Origin: Octopus sinensis
Lineage: Eukaryota
NCBI RefSeq assembly: GCF_006345805.1
Contig: NC_043009.1
Coordinates: 25,978,001-26,042,000 of the forward strand
Length of the DNA: 64,000 nucleotides
Direction of reading: 5' to 3'
The translations under genes and the position numbers were made by a program. The notes below the pieces were generated by a model. The model saw only the letters and a list, made by a program, of their open reading frames with translations. It ran no database searches and was not told the DNA's origin. Below are positions 36,850 to 49,935 of the stretch, piece after piece (positions within the stretch are counted from its first letter, which is position 1; each line of letters opens with the position of its first letter).

Positions 36850-38590
36850 GTTTGTTACTGATCGATTTGTTGATATTGTAAATTGTTTTATTTTTTATTC
36901 CATTGAGGGGAAAATGGAGAAAACGCCAGCGGGTGACCAGTTATGCGCCCGCAACTGGAAAAGGAACAGAAGAGGAAACGTTGGAAATAATTGAAATTAA
37001 GGTAGAACCAAGAAAAATGAAGGAATGTGAGAAGTTACTGGAGAAAGAAGGAGATACATTGAAGTTAACGCCACCTGCAGATCTGACAAACAGTGTAACG
37101 AAACGAACAGTTATATTTAAGACAATGAAAATAGCAACGAGAAAGATAAAGATTGCGACAGTGGAGAAAATTGAAGAGGTTTTGAAAAGCATTAAAAAAC
37201 TAATGACATACATAACAAGAGGAAGGAAGTGTGCCGCCGTGGAGGTGCGCTTTGTGACAGAGGAAGAGGCAATTAAGCACGCAACAGAGGCAATAAGATC
37301 GGAGGAGTGGGTACTTTTGCCATTGTACTGTGGCAAACGTGTGGCCAGAGTGCGAGTAAGCAAAGTACCCCCAAAGCATGGCTGATGACAGCCATAATGT
37401 TCAACATGAAAGATGAGGCCAAGATACTGAAGGCCACAAGGACAAATAGTATAAACTAACGGGGATACGGGATCGAGCTCACTATCCAGTCAACAATAGA
37501 AGAATTAAATCGGATTGCTGAGGAGATGGTGCTGCCCGACGACTTGAGATTGAGAGTGGTAGTGGAGGGCAGGCCGTCTGTATGTTTTGTATGTGGAGAG
37601 AGGGGTTACATGAAGGCGAGGTGCCCACAGGGGGAACAGATGGAGAAGCAGGAGAGTACGGAACAGGCAGTACAGGTGGAGATGGAAGAAAAAACAACGG
37701 AAGGATTCACGGTGGCAGAAAGAAAAAGAAGGAGAAGTGCAAGAGTGAGTCCGCCGCCAGGTAACCAGAAAAAGAAGAAAGAAGAGGTGGAAATAAAAGA
37801 TGCGACCAGAAGAAAAGAAGACAAAATAGTGGTGGAGAAAGAAAGTGAAAAAGTAATTGGAAAAGTGTGCGAGAATGAGTTACAGAAGGAAGAAACTGTT
37901 GAAGACGCCGATTAATTTAGAGAAGGAGAAAGATTCAGGAGTGCAACTGTATGAGGGTGAAATGGCGAAATTGTTCAGAGTGAACATAGAAAAGGAAAAG
38001 GTACCGGAAATAGAAGTAGAAAAGAGAAAACCAAGAAGAGGAAAAAATAAATGGAACTTCATAACAAATGCAAAAAACAAAGAGGTAGAAAGAAAAATTG
38101 TAAAATTTAAGCATATCAGAAAAGTGAAGTTACCCACGGATATATATTCAGAAAATATAAAGGCCATTGTGGTCGACAAAGACACATACAATAGACTAAG
38201 TAGACATGTTCGGAAACAAGATTGACTCGCCCGGAATGTTGGTGGAGTTGAACTCAGAGACGTGAAGCCTTACGTGAGGTATTAAAATGGGGAAAAAAAA
38301 AAGCGTAAGTTGTTTTGTTGAAAGAAAAAAAAAGTAAAAGTGTTTCAAAGAAAAAAAAAAGAGAAAAAAAAGATGATTAAGAAAAAACAATAGAAAAATA
38401 GAACGATTGTAAATAGTGTGTATAAACGTTCAAATGGTACTGCAGCCATTTGATTTTTTTTGTTTATATAACATTTCATTCTCATTCGTTTTATGCTTTA
38501 TATCCCCATTGTGGTGTCGTGTCTGTCCCTGTAGTATCCCCCTCTGTATTGTGGCCGTGGTGCCAAATAAAGAAATTCCTGCTATTTATT
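36850..38590 (+). mobile_element. ORF1-only retroelement, copy 2 (L1/Tx1-like ORF1, no ORF2)
   Basis: Reconstructed ~435-codon frame from ATG 36914 to 38225, then a ~365-bp 3' UTR and a tail. No endonuclease or RT motif is present. Confidence 0.75.
36914..38225 (+). pseudogene. Gag/ORF1-like protein (RRM-like region plus CCHC knuckle), disrupted
   Basis: TSYA.A, AVEVRFVTEEEA, RVRVSKVP, VVVEGRPSVCFVCGERGYMKARCP (C-x2-C-x4-[H>Y]-x4-C), followed by a charged C-terminal region. Several frameshifts and a stop. Confidence 0.75.
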
Positions 38591-39091
38591 TGTCGTACGT
38601 CCTATACACAGATATTATCAAACGCGAATTTTACCTTTTTTGCAAGATGCAGCTATGTCTAATTTTCACCGAGGAAAGAAAAGATAAGTTAACATTCGTT
38701 TTATTTTCGTCTCTATTTTTACTTCATTATTATTTCATTTTTATTTCGTAACTTTTATTCGTAATTTTTACTCGTATTTTTTCTCTTTAAATTTTTTTTC
38801 CTTAAATGTTTATTCCTTTGAATTTTTATTCTTAAAATTTTTATTCCTTAAATTTTTAATATTCAGTTATTTTTATTTATTTATTTATTATTTGTATTTT
38901 TATTCATTTGTATATGTTAAGTAAGATTATATTGAAGATATAGAGTATCAGAAGGCGGCGAGCTGGCAGAATCGTTAGCACGCCGGGTGAAATGCGTAGC
39001 TGTATTTCGTCTGCCGTTACGTTCTCAGTTCAAATTCCGCCGAGGTCGACTTTGCCTTTCATCCTTTCGGGGTCGATAAATTAAGTAGCAG

Positions 39092-40623
39092 GGATCTTTT
39101 CCTTTTGAACGGCACATGCCAACACAATTTCTAGTTAACTAAACACTTTAAAACTTCGTATACTGGTAGAATGTGTCAAAATAAAACATTTTTTTCTCTT
39201 AGCTTTCTTGAGAAAATTGTAATTCGCTTGTTTAACGTAGTTTAATTTTTCGAATTTTAACCAATCAATTGCCTCTAATTGAGCTAAAATCATTTGCTGC
39301 GTCTAAAACTGAGACAACATCCTGTCACTAACCCTCACCCTCACCCTAACCCTAAATTTTAGCCTTTCGTTTTCTTTTTCTTAATTGTTAAATTAATTTG
39401 AGGATAACTATTAAGAAAACAAAAACGGGATCTTTTCCTTTTGAACGGCAGATGTCAACACAATTTCTAGTTAACTATACACTTTTAAACTTCGTATACT
39501 GGTAGAATGTGTCTATAAAACATCATTTTTTTCTTGGCTGTACTGAGAAAATTCTATATGTTGTAACATATTTCGTCTGAAAATCCGAGCATTTCGGCAA
39601 TTTTAACCAATCGATTACCTCCATTTAGGTAAACAACATTTGCTGCGTCTAAAACTGAGACAACATCCTGTAACTAACCCTAATTTTTTTTCTTAATTGT
39701 TAAATTAATTTAATTGCTACGCGTGTAAAAAAACTAAAGCAATGGAAAATAATTTAAACAATTAACATACAAAATGATTCTATAATTTTTATACACACGC
39801 TTTCCGTATAGTTTTTTTTACACGCGTAACAATTAAATTAATTTAACAATTAAGAAAAAAAATGTAGGGTTAGGGTTAGGGGGAGGGGGGTTAGTTACAG
39901 GATGTTGTCTCAGTTTTAGACGCAGCAAATGATTTTAGCTCAAAAGAGAGCATAGGATTAGTTAAAATTCGAAAAATTAAACTACGTTAAACAAACGAAT
40001 TACAAATTTATCAAGAAAGCCAAGTGAAAATAATGTTTTCTTTTGACACATTCTACCAGTATACGAAGTTTTAAAGTGTTTAGTTAACTAGAAATTGTGT
40101 TGAAATCTGCCGTTCAAAAGGAAAAGATCCAAAAACCGAAAGGCTAAAACGAAAGCAATGGAAAATAATTTAAACAATTAACAAACAAAATAATTCTATA
40201 ATTTTATACACACGCTTTCCGTACGTATACATAACGAAAGGCTAAACCGAAAGCAAAAACTCAAAACAAAAACAAAACGAATAATTTTAGACACACGCTT
40301 AACAATTAAATAAATTTAACAATTAAGAAAAAAAACGAAAGGCTAAAATTTAGGGTTAGGATTAGGGTGAGGCTGAAGCTGAGGGTTAGTGACAGGATGT
40401 TATCTCAGTTTTAGACGCAGCAAATGATTTTAGCTCACTAGAGGCGATTCATTGGTTAAAATTCGAAAAATTAAACTACGTTAAACAAACAAATTACAAT
40501 TTTCTCAAGAAAGCCAAGAGAAAAAATGTTTTATTTTGACACATTCTACCAGTATACAAAGTTTTAAAGTGTTTAGTTAACTAGAAATTGTGTTGACATG
40601 TGCCGTTCAAAAGGAAAAGATCC
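39092..40623. mobile_element. Foldback MITE (outer), GG-ended TIRs, 8-bp TSD
   Basis: GGATCTTTTCCTTTTGAACGGCA ... TGCCGTTCAAAAGGAAAAGATCC, with ~300-bp arms. TSD agtagcag/agtaccag. Confidence 0.9.
39428..40130. mobile_element. Foldback MITE (inner), same TIR family
   Basis: Same terminal sequence. Flanks caaaaacg/aaaaaccg (6 of 8 match). Confidence 0.85.
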
Positions 40624-41037
40624 AGTACCAGTTACGCACTGGGGTCGATATAATCGACTTAATCCGTTTGTCTGTCCTTGTTTGTCACCTCTGTGTTTAG
40701 CCCCTTGTGAGTAGTAAAGAAATAGATATAGAGTATCATGGCTGTATATGAGATGTAGGGGTAGTGAAAAATATTGAGGAACTCAGACTTGAAGATTGGG
40801 AGTATGTCGACCTGACTAAGTATTGAAACTAGATACCTCGTATCTAATCAATACCGACGTACTTTCATGAAACACGTGTAGTCTTATAAACGGTAAATAC
40901 GGCATTCAGAATATAGTTAGTATAAGATTTAATATTTAATATTTTATGGAGTGGTCGGGTATAAAATCTTTCAGTGTTGATTGAGTTGAAGGTGGTTCTG
41001 TCTCTAAAACTTCTTTTATATATTTATATTTTATATA

Positions 41038-41132
<95 letters not shown>

Positions 41133-41135
41133 TTA

Positions 41136-41167
<32 letters not shown>

Positions 41168-41489
41168 AATTTGTAGTGTAGGTTACGGATTCAAAGAATC
41201 ATGTGGCTGTCACAGATAACTCTTTTAACGGACTCGGCTAACAGACCACATCGAAATCCAATACAGAGAAGTGTAATGCAGAATTCCCATGCAGCTGATA
41301 TCCAAAATATCTAATCAGTGAAGTTATTTCATGAGGTGTATATAACCTAAAAAAACTCAGGAGGTATGACAGGTGAATAAACATATGTTACAAAGTCGCG
41401 CCGTGAGAGAAATAAGTTCTTAGTAGATTTAGTAGAAATTGAACCACTAATGAAATATTACTAAAAAATAAATATGTCAAATCGACAGG

Positions 41490-41826
41490 AAAAAAGAAAA
41501 GAAAAAAGAAAAAGGAGGAAAAGAAGGAAAAAGAAAGAGTGTTTTATGTTATGTTTAATAATATCGGAAAATAGAAGAACAATTTTAGAGAAAGTATAAC
41601 GGTTCAAATAATTGTAATGGTAGACGATAATTAATTGTTATGTATATACATTATAAAAACCGACAGTTTAAAAAGATTAATGGTAATGCATGTGATGAGG
41701 GGCTGCAACCCCATTATTGTATAATAATCTCATCATATTCGTTCTATGTATTGTCCCCTCTGTGGTGACCTGTCTGTCCTTGTTTGTCCGCCTCTATATT
41801 TGGGCCCTTGTGGCTAATAAAGAAAC
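41490..41826 (+). mobile_element. A-rich retroelement 3' fragment with the shared tail
   Basis: Ends tgtctgtccttgtttgtccgcctctatatttgggcccttgtggctaataaagaaa. Confidence 0.55.
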
Positions 41827-42102
41827 CGAGAGAAATAAGTTCTTAAACACATTCGATATTTTTGATTTGCTGCAAACACTCAGACCACATGGCTGAGAGT
41901 CAAGCATTTCACCCACTCAAGCACGGCTCAAGAAATTTTGAAAAGGCTATCAATAAATTCAACGCTCCTTTAGGATGGGTTTTATATACGACTTCTTTAG
42001 TTAATCTCTTTGTAATCTTGAGAAGCGGCCTCGTTTATTTTGGATGCTTTTAAAACAGGGTTTTTGCTCTTGAGCATAATAATGTGATATTTTAGTGTTG
42101 TC

Positions 42103-42137
<35 letters not shown>

Positions 42138-42411
42138 ATGTGGTTCGCTACTGCAAGGTGGTTGTGAAGACGAATACAGAAAGATGTGTTAAGAATATAG
42201 ATTATCTATAATCAACTACTATAATTAATTGTATAAAGACAAAAGAGAGAAAAATAAGAATAAAATAAAGTGTAATTAAGTGTTTGAAAAACTTAAGATA
42301 TGGTACGACGAAAATTTTCGTCAAAAAATATTTTAAAAACAAATATTCGATATACTCAATAATTAAGCGACATTTTGTTGATATATTTGTGTGTATGTGT
42401 CTGTGTGTGTA

Positions 42412-42447
<36 letters not shown>

Positions 42448-43519
42448 TGTATGTATGTATGTATGTATGTATGTATGTGTATATATATATATATATATAC
42501 CTCTATAGATGCACATACATTTTACCTATAGGAATATATATTTGTATATACATAAACTTATATATGAATATATATTTACACACACACACATATGTATGTG
42601 TGTATGTGTGTTTGTATATGAATGTGTGTGTGTAAACATATATATGTAAACTTTCATATATGCGTGTATATAAACATTAATGTGCGTACGTTCATGTGTG
42701 GATGTATGTATGTACATACATACGTACATACATACATACATACATACAAACATACATACATACATACATACATACAACACACACACACACACATACATAC
42801 ATACATACATACATACATATGCATGCATGTATTCAGATACATGTGAACAGCTGAACACCAGCAACCATAGCAATAATAAGAACAATGACAATGGTGACAA
42901 CAACAACAGTAATAACAGAGATGCAAAGAATGCGTACAGATTAAAGAGCTGACACTGATGAAATCGAAGGATCAGTTGGAAATATCGATCGCCCGATTTC
43001 GGTTCGGAAGAACTTTGGTTTTTCTGCTGGAATTGAGATTGATTTCTTATGTAACCAGAAAAATCCAGGCGTATTTGGGAAAGGAAATAAGCTTGTGTGA
43101 CATTGATATCTTATTCCAGGAAAATAAGAAACATGTTGTAGCATTCTTTTACCCTTGTTTTTCTTCCTTTCGGTGCCAAGATATTATCTTTTCTATTTTT
43201 TTCATCCCTTTTTCTTTTTAACGAACATTTAGATTGATACCTTACCGTTCTACTAAATAACGTTGATGCTGGCTTCCGGTTGGTTTGAGGAAAACTTCGC
43301 CAGCGTAAAATAAGATTTCTCTAGTGATGTAATACACTTATCAATTTGTGGTACAAACGGAGGGCAAAGATCTACGACAGAACACCAAATTCCATCGCTC
43401 AAATTCTAAACTCTGCTCTATTTTCCTTCACACCACAGCCAAATTCGATGTAATCGATTTAAAAATTGTCTCTTTTCGTACCGCACACCAGAAACAGAGA
43501 ATATGTTTAAATTTAAATA

Positions 43520-43948
43520 TCTCTTTTACTCTTTTACTTGTTTCAGTCATTTTACTGCGGCCATGCTGGAGCACCGCCTTAGTCGAGCAAATCGACCCCG
43601 GGACTTATTCTTTGTAAGCCCAGTACTTATTCTATCGGTCTCTTTTGCCGAACCGCTAAGTGACGGGGACGTAAACACACCAGCATCGGTTGTCAAGCAA
43701 TGCTAGGGGGACAAACACACATACACAAACACACACACATACATATATATATATATATTATATATATATATATATATATTATATACATATATACGACAGG
43801 CTTCTTTCAGTTTCGTCTACCAAATCCACTCACAAGGCATTGGTCGGCCCGGGGCTATAGCAGAAGACACCTGCCCAAGATGCCACGCAGTGGGACTGAA
43901 CCCGGAACCATTTGGTTGGTTAGCAAGCTACTTACCACTCCTGCGCCT
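43520..43948 (-). mobile_element. SINE family A, full length
   Basis: Same head, microsatellite and tail as 402-858. Confidence 0.85.
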
Positions 43949-44019
43949 ATGTTTAATTTCACCCACAATGAAATTTTGTTGACGAACGGAAGCCTGAAAC
44001 TCTGAGTAACAGATTTTGT

Positions 44020-44378
44020 GATGATTTTGCAGCTTTAATGAAAGTATGTATATATATATATTTCGTTTTGGGATTTGGTTTGCAAGATTCTTTATGTGAG
44101 TTCGTGGGTTGAAGCATATTCTGTGTGTCTGGGGAGAATCATTCTCTTTTAGTGCCTTATAATTTAACACACGCACCGGTAAAGTTTACACTCATTTGCC
44201 TATTTATTTTTCTAAAATTTTCGTTGCGTCTTGCAACCTTTTCAAGAGTGAACAACTATCGAAAAGATTCAAGACGCAACGAAAATTTTAGGTAAAATAA
44301 ATATATGAATGAGTGGAAATTTTACCGGTGCGTGTGTTAAATTATAAGGCACTAAAAGAGAATGACTATTCCCAGACA
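44020..44378. mobile_element. Head-to-head pair of PLE-type tails (inverted repeat)
   Basis: 44130-44250 is the reverse complement of 44255-44378 with moderate divergence. Both carry a TTGAAAA-type hammerhead remnant. Confidence 0.65.
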
Positions 44379-44406
44379 CAACAGCGTGTGTATATATGTA
44401 TATATA

Positions 44407-44479
<73 letters not shown>

Positions 44480-44584
44480 CATACATACATACATACATAC
44501 ATACATACATACATACATACATGCATACATACATACACAGTAGAAGCCATAGACACTCATAATGAAAAGAAATACTGGAGGAAT

Positions 44585-44945
44585 GTCTGAGTGAACAGCA
44601 GACTTGATATAATGATTTGGGATAGAGAAGAGAAACTATGCACAGTTGTGGAAATGAGCTGCCAAGCGGGTGTAAACATAAAGCTGAAGATCAGTGATAA
44701 AGAGAATACCTATGCTGAACTTTTGAGAAATCTGCCGTTACTCTATCCAGATTACAAGTTCAGGTTTATACCTGTAATTATTGGGATCCTGGGATATGTA
44801 ACACATTGCCTAAATACCAATGTTGAGAAAATTAGGCTTCTCAAAACCAGAAAGGAGAAAGCTAATTCGAATACTACAGATCCAATCCATCACTGGAACT
44901 GTAAAAATATGTAAAACTTTCCAGGAGTTTATCATTTAAATATAT
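44585..44945 (+). pseudogene. RLE domain fragment of a second R4/Dong-like LINE family
   Basis: R(P>L)DIMIWDREEKLCTVVEMSC...NIKLKISDKENTYAELLRNL..LYPDYKFRFIPVIIGILG. Confidence 0.75.
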
Positions 44946-45054
44946 ATGAGAATGTCTAGATATGCAACTATATGCATGAGAATACGTACATACATACATA
45001 CAAACATACATACATACATACCTACATACATACATACATACATACATACATACA

Positions 45055-45208
45055 CGTGCTGTACGAAGCTTGCTTCTCAGCCACAGGGTTCTGGGTTCAG
45101 TCCTATTGCGTAGCACCCTAGTCTAATGTCTTCTATTATAGCCTCGGACCGATCAAATCCTTATGGCACGATTCGGCAGTCGGAAACTGAAAGAAGCTCG
45201 TCGTATAC

Positions 45209-45242
<34 letters not shown>

Positions 45243-45430
45243 TTGTGTGTCCGTGTTTGTCCACCACAAATGTTTGACAACCAGTGTTAGTGTTTCTAAG
45301 TCCCCGTAAAAAACCCATAGAATATGTACTAGATTTTAAAAAATGCACTGGGGTCGATTCCTTCCAGTAAAATTCTTCAAGGTGGTGCCCCAGCGTGGCC
45401 GCAGTCTAGTGACTGGGCTAAAAGAATAAT
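45055..45430 (+). mobile_element. SINE family A, diverged
   Basis: ggttctgggttcagt...ctgaaagaagctcgtcgtata, microsatellite, then the tail ccagcgtggccgcagtc. Confidence 0.75.
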
Positions 45431-45469
45431 AGAGTATATAATATATGAGTAGTGTGTATGTGTGTGTGT

Positions 45470-45630
45470 GGTTGTGTGCTTAAAAAATTTGCTTTTCAAT
45501 CATGTGGTTCGGAGTTCAATCTCACTGTGCAGCAATGGGGCATATGGTTTCTATTATAGCTCCAGGATAACCAATGCTCTGTAAGTGTATTTAGTACACG
45601 GAAACTGTGTAGAAGCCTGTCGTAAATACG
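45470..45630 (+). mobile_element. SINE family A 5' half, diverged
   Basis: catgtggttcggagttcaatc...cggaaactgtgtagaagcctgtcgta. Confidence 0.65.
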
Positions 45631-45704
45631 TATGTGTATGTGTTTGTATGTGTTTGTATGTGTGAGTGTGTGTGTGTGTGAATATGTATGAGTGCGTGTG
45701 TGTG

Positions 45705-45965
45705 TGAAGGCGCATTACCTAGTGTTTAGGTTACTGTATTCACAAGTTCGAGATTGTGAGCTCGATTCCTAGACACAATGTTTTGTGTTCTTGAGCAAAA
45801 CACTTCATTTCACGTTGCGTCTAGTTCACTCAGCTATGACGGAGAGGCACGCCATTCAGAGGGAATGCTGTCCCGCTCATCTATCCAAGTGGGTGATATC
45901 AATCGAAAACTTCCAGGACTGTGACAAAGCGCATTGTGACCAGCGGTGTTTGACATCCGATACAG
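45705..45965 (+). mobile_element. tRNA-SINE family D
   Basis: ggcgcattacctagtg...gagctcgattcc...ttcttgagcaaaacacttcatttcacgttgc. Related heads occur at ~3205, ~7673 and ~29250. Confidence 0.65.
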
Positions 45966-46009
45966 TATTACAGTAAGGGTATGTATATCTGTGTGAATAT
46001 GTGTCTATG

Positions 46010-46215
46010 TGATTGTTCCCCCCACACACACACCATCACTTGACAACCGGTTTTGGTTTGTTTATATTCCTATAACGTCGTGATTCGATACAAGTGTACG
46101 ATAGAGTATGGACCAGACATTTTTTTAAATAAGTGCTAGAGTCGATTTTTTCGATTAAACTCTTCAAGGTGGTGCCCCAGCATGGCCGCAGTGCAACGGC
46201 TCAATTAAGTAAAAC
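46010..46215 (+). mobile_element. SINE family A 3' half
   Basis: cacttgacaaccgg ... ggtggtgccccagcatggccgcagt. Confidence 0.65.
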
Positions 46216-46247
46216 ACAATCAGATCTTGTACATTAATACTTACGCG

Positions 46248-46286
<39 letters not shown>

Positions 46287-46299
46287 CTAGCTAGCTAGC

Positions 46300-46394
<95 letters not shown>

Positions 46395-46489
46395 ACAGGC
46401 AGACAGAGAGAGATAAATAGATAGACTGAAACGGTATGAACGAAATACACTGAAAATACAGAACAAACGGAAAGACAGGAGAAAACTAC

Positions 46490-46586
<97 letters not shown>

Positions 46587-47629
46587 TATTGTTGCTGTTG
46601 TTGTTATTGTGTCGCTATTGTAAAGCAAACAATAATGAAATGCAAAAAGAGAAAGATGGAAGAAGAATTGATAGAAACAGTTAAGATAAATTGGCACCGC
46701 TTGCTAATAATGATAAATGAAAGAAGCAGACGATACAATTTTTCTTGCTATTCCGTTTTATCAGCGATTTTCGAGCTAACTAACTGAATGAAATGTTATC
46801 AGAAGCCTAAATCATTATACATTGGACTCTTAGTGAAATGCTGAGGCGCCTCTATGTAACTTTACCAAAAACAAAACTACAAAATATACGACGACTTTGC
46901 ATTTAAAAAGATTGTCTGAACGCTAATGGAAATTTCCTATTGTATTTGGTTCTTTTTTGGTTTGTTGTATTTTTCGTTAACTGTTTTCATTTAATTTTCT
47001 TTTGTTCTTACACTTTTTGATAATATTTATTGAAATAACATTTAAAATATTTATATTATTAGGTTCTTAGTTTTCAATTTTGTTCAGCGGTAGAACGAAA
47101 GAAGATAGACAAAAAGGCGGACAAACAAAGCGATAGATAAACAGTGAGTTATAGCTTAAGTATATACATACACATATACACATACATACATTCAAATACA
47201 CATACATATATATATACACACGCACGCACACTCACACACACACATACAATCACACACACTGGCACACACTCACATACACAAACTATGCTACGATTCTGAT
47301 GAACTATCACCAGTCACAAAAACAGTATCACTTTTCTATGAAATTTCCTTATTAACCTCTAATTTACATTCTACGAAGATCAATAAAAAATATAGGAATC
47401 TGCAATGATACAGGTATGTAAAAGAAAGCAAATAGTGAGTGTGAGAACGAACGGAGACATTAAAGAGAGAGCGGAACATTAAAAAGAGACCATATTTAAC
47501 ACAGTCAAAGAACTTCCTCAGTTGTCAATCAGATAACGATGCAATTCCGACAGCTTTTAAATGTGTATGTGTGAATGTGTCATACATGTATGTATGTGTG
47601 TATACATGTATGAATGTAAAGATATAGAC

Positions 47630-47694
<65 letters not shown>

Positions 47695-48904
47695 CATACA
47701 TACATACACATACATACATACATACATACATACATACATACATACATACATACACATATACATACATAGAAATACTTTATGTATAATTTTATACTATAAA
47801 AAATCTTTCCTACATGCACAAAATGAATTCATTTTCTCGACACACCACTTTCATGCCAAAGCAAATTCAGTCTATTATCTACAGCTATCGCTGTCCTTGG
47901 CTAGTTTCTAATGTTATATTAACGTGTTCTCTATGACTGTCATCGTTTCGTTTGTCAATTCATTTTTCATTCGTCATTGTTGTAGTTCTTTATAGTATTT
48001 TTGAGATAGGTTTATTCATTGATTTTTTTTTAATTGCTTATCTGCATATTGTTTCCTACTGACATGCATGCATGTGGGCGAGTACTTTGTATGGGCGCAA
48101 GCATGGTGGAGTATCTTGAAGTTTGGGATTCGATTCTGAGTATAGTTTTGTACCAGTTACTTATACAATAGCTTCAATCTAGTATATAAAAATTAGTTGA
48201 TGGAAACTGTATGGAAGCCTGTTAAAAAGACTGTATCTGTAATATCAGTAATATGAAGTTCCTGGATTTAAGAGTATCGCGAAAGTCCTAGTTGGGGTCC
48301 AACCTTCCAAGTTCTTTTACTGGGCTTAGAAAATACTGAAGGACCGCTGCAATAAGTGTGTGAATTTGAGAGGGGAATATGTTGAATAAAATCATAATTA
48401 ACTGATCCTCTTGTATTTTCTTTTACCCAAAGCCAGGGGCTTTTTAGCACACACACCCCACGTATAAAGGCATACTTGCATCACTCTAATTCTCTCTAAG
48501 CATTACTTGAAGGGTACAGATTTCTGTGGAGTACTCAGCCATCTACATATTAAGCCAGTCAGTAGTTCATCTTGAACAAACTCCTAAAATGCTAAACATA
48601 AAAGTTTACTTTCTAATTCGTTTGTGGCTTATAGTCATAGAGAAAGGGTTACCCCTAATCCTTTGTAGCTCCTTCGACACTAGCATAAGTAAGGGAGCAA
48701 TTGAGGTGTCCACAAAGCGGAGAGCTGGACCGAATGCATGCAGCAGTGTTGACACTGTTAAAAGGACCTTAGGTACCTTAGAGTAAGCATTTAATCGGAG
48801 TGCCTGATCAAGTCTACTTGCCGGGCAGGCCATGGTGTGTAGAATGTGTAAAGGCTGTGCTGAGTATTGTGTGAATGCGTGAATAAGTTTTGTATTTGTG
48901 TGTG

Positions 48905-49135
48905 GATCTTTGCTTTTATTTGTCTCAGCCATTAGATTGCGACCATGCTGCAGCACCGCCTTGAAGAATTTTACTCGAATGAATCGACATCGGTATTTAT
49001 TTCTAACTTTTTTTAACCAGGTACTTATACTATCGGTTCCTTTTGTCGAACCGCTAACGTTATATGGATGTAAACACATCAACACCGATTGTCATACGGT
49101 GGTGTGGCAACAAACACAGAATAAAGGCACATACG
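48905..49135 (-). mobile_element. SINE family A 3' half
   Basis: gaccatgctgcagcaccgcc ... gaaccgctaa ... caacaccgattgtca. Confidence 0.65.
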
Positions 49136-49169
49136 CATATATATATATATAATTAATCAAAATAAAAAC

Positions 49170-49935
49170 ATGATGCCAAGGATTCAGCGGTACATATGTT
49201 TCGGGCCTTTATTAGACGGATTTATAACAATGCATAATGTGTGTCTATGGCCTTCTTCAGCCACGCACAACTACTACCTCAAGGACATGTATTACATCAA
49301 AAATTCTACGTTGGGGATGCAAATCCTCTCATTCGCGTACGACATAATGCGGCAAAAGCATAAAAATGAAGCGTCCATCACGTCCTTCTCTCAATGTAGA
49401 ATGAGGAAGTTTTGATGTTGAGGTAATATAAATAAATGAATAAATAAATATATACATATATAAATACAGACAGACGTGAAGGAACCTGGTAATAAGATCA
49501 AATAGGGATAAAGATGGAGGGGCGAGAATTCAGGACGAAGGATAAAAAGAATGTATAAAAAGTGTAAGTATAGAAAAATATAAAAATGTAGAGTATAAAG
49601 ATATAAAGAGATATAAAAAAATATAAAAAATATAAAAAATATAAATGAATATAAAGGTATAAAGTTATAAAAAAATAAAAAAATTAAAAATTTAAAAAAT
49701 TAAAAATATTAAAAAAATTTTTTAAAAAAAATTATCAGAAGTATAAAGGGTATAAGAGTGTAGGAATGTAAAAGAATATAAGGATAAGGGATATATAGTA
49801 GTTACGGACTAAACATGGTGGTCAGGAAAATGACAAATTCTGTTTGTAGAAGCCTTGGATGTCATAAATCAACCGGGGCGTCTGGGGACCTAGTGTATTG
49901 TAAATTAGAGTTGTTTGGTTGAGCCGTTTATCTAG
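49170..49935 (-). mobile_element. Decayed PLE 3' end
   Basis: Peptide RYEELDKRLNQTTLIYNTLGPQTP resembles a GIY-YIG C-terminus. It is followed by a low-complexity UTR and a hammerhead remnant, ctaataa...gaaacatatgta, near 49190. Confidence 0.45.

Larger units (their letters stand above)
38951..40723 (+). mobile_element. SINE family B (tail A) hosting nested MITEs; 15-bp TSD
   Basis: TSD agatatagagtatca at 38936-38950 and 40724-40738. The SINE halves are 38951-39091 and 40624-40723. Confidence 0.9.

Noticed and set aside
39328-40390. Interstitial telomere or chromosome fusion site (CCCTAA ... TTAGGG inverted)
   Set aside because: The short runs are subterminal parts of MITE arms, and the inversion reflects the TIR symmetry.
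42950-43010. CTGATGA followed by an AATCG/CGATT stem
   Set aside because: No GAAA follows the stem.
43250-43405. Minus-strand 50-codon open frame (DGIWCSVVDLCPPFVPQIDKC...) near a gtaagg donor
   Set aside because: It ends in a stop before the donor, its length is expected by chance, and I recognise no homology.
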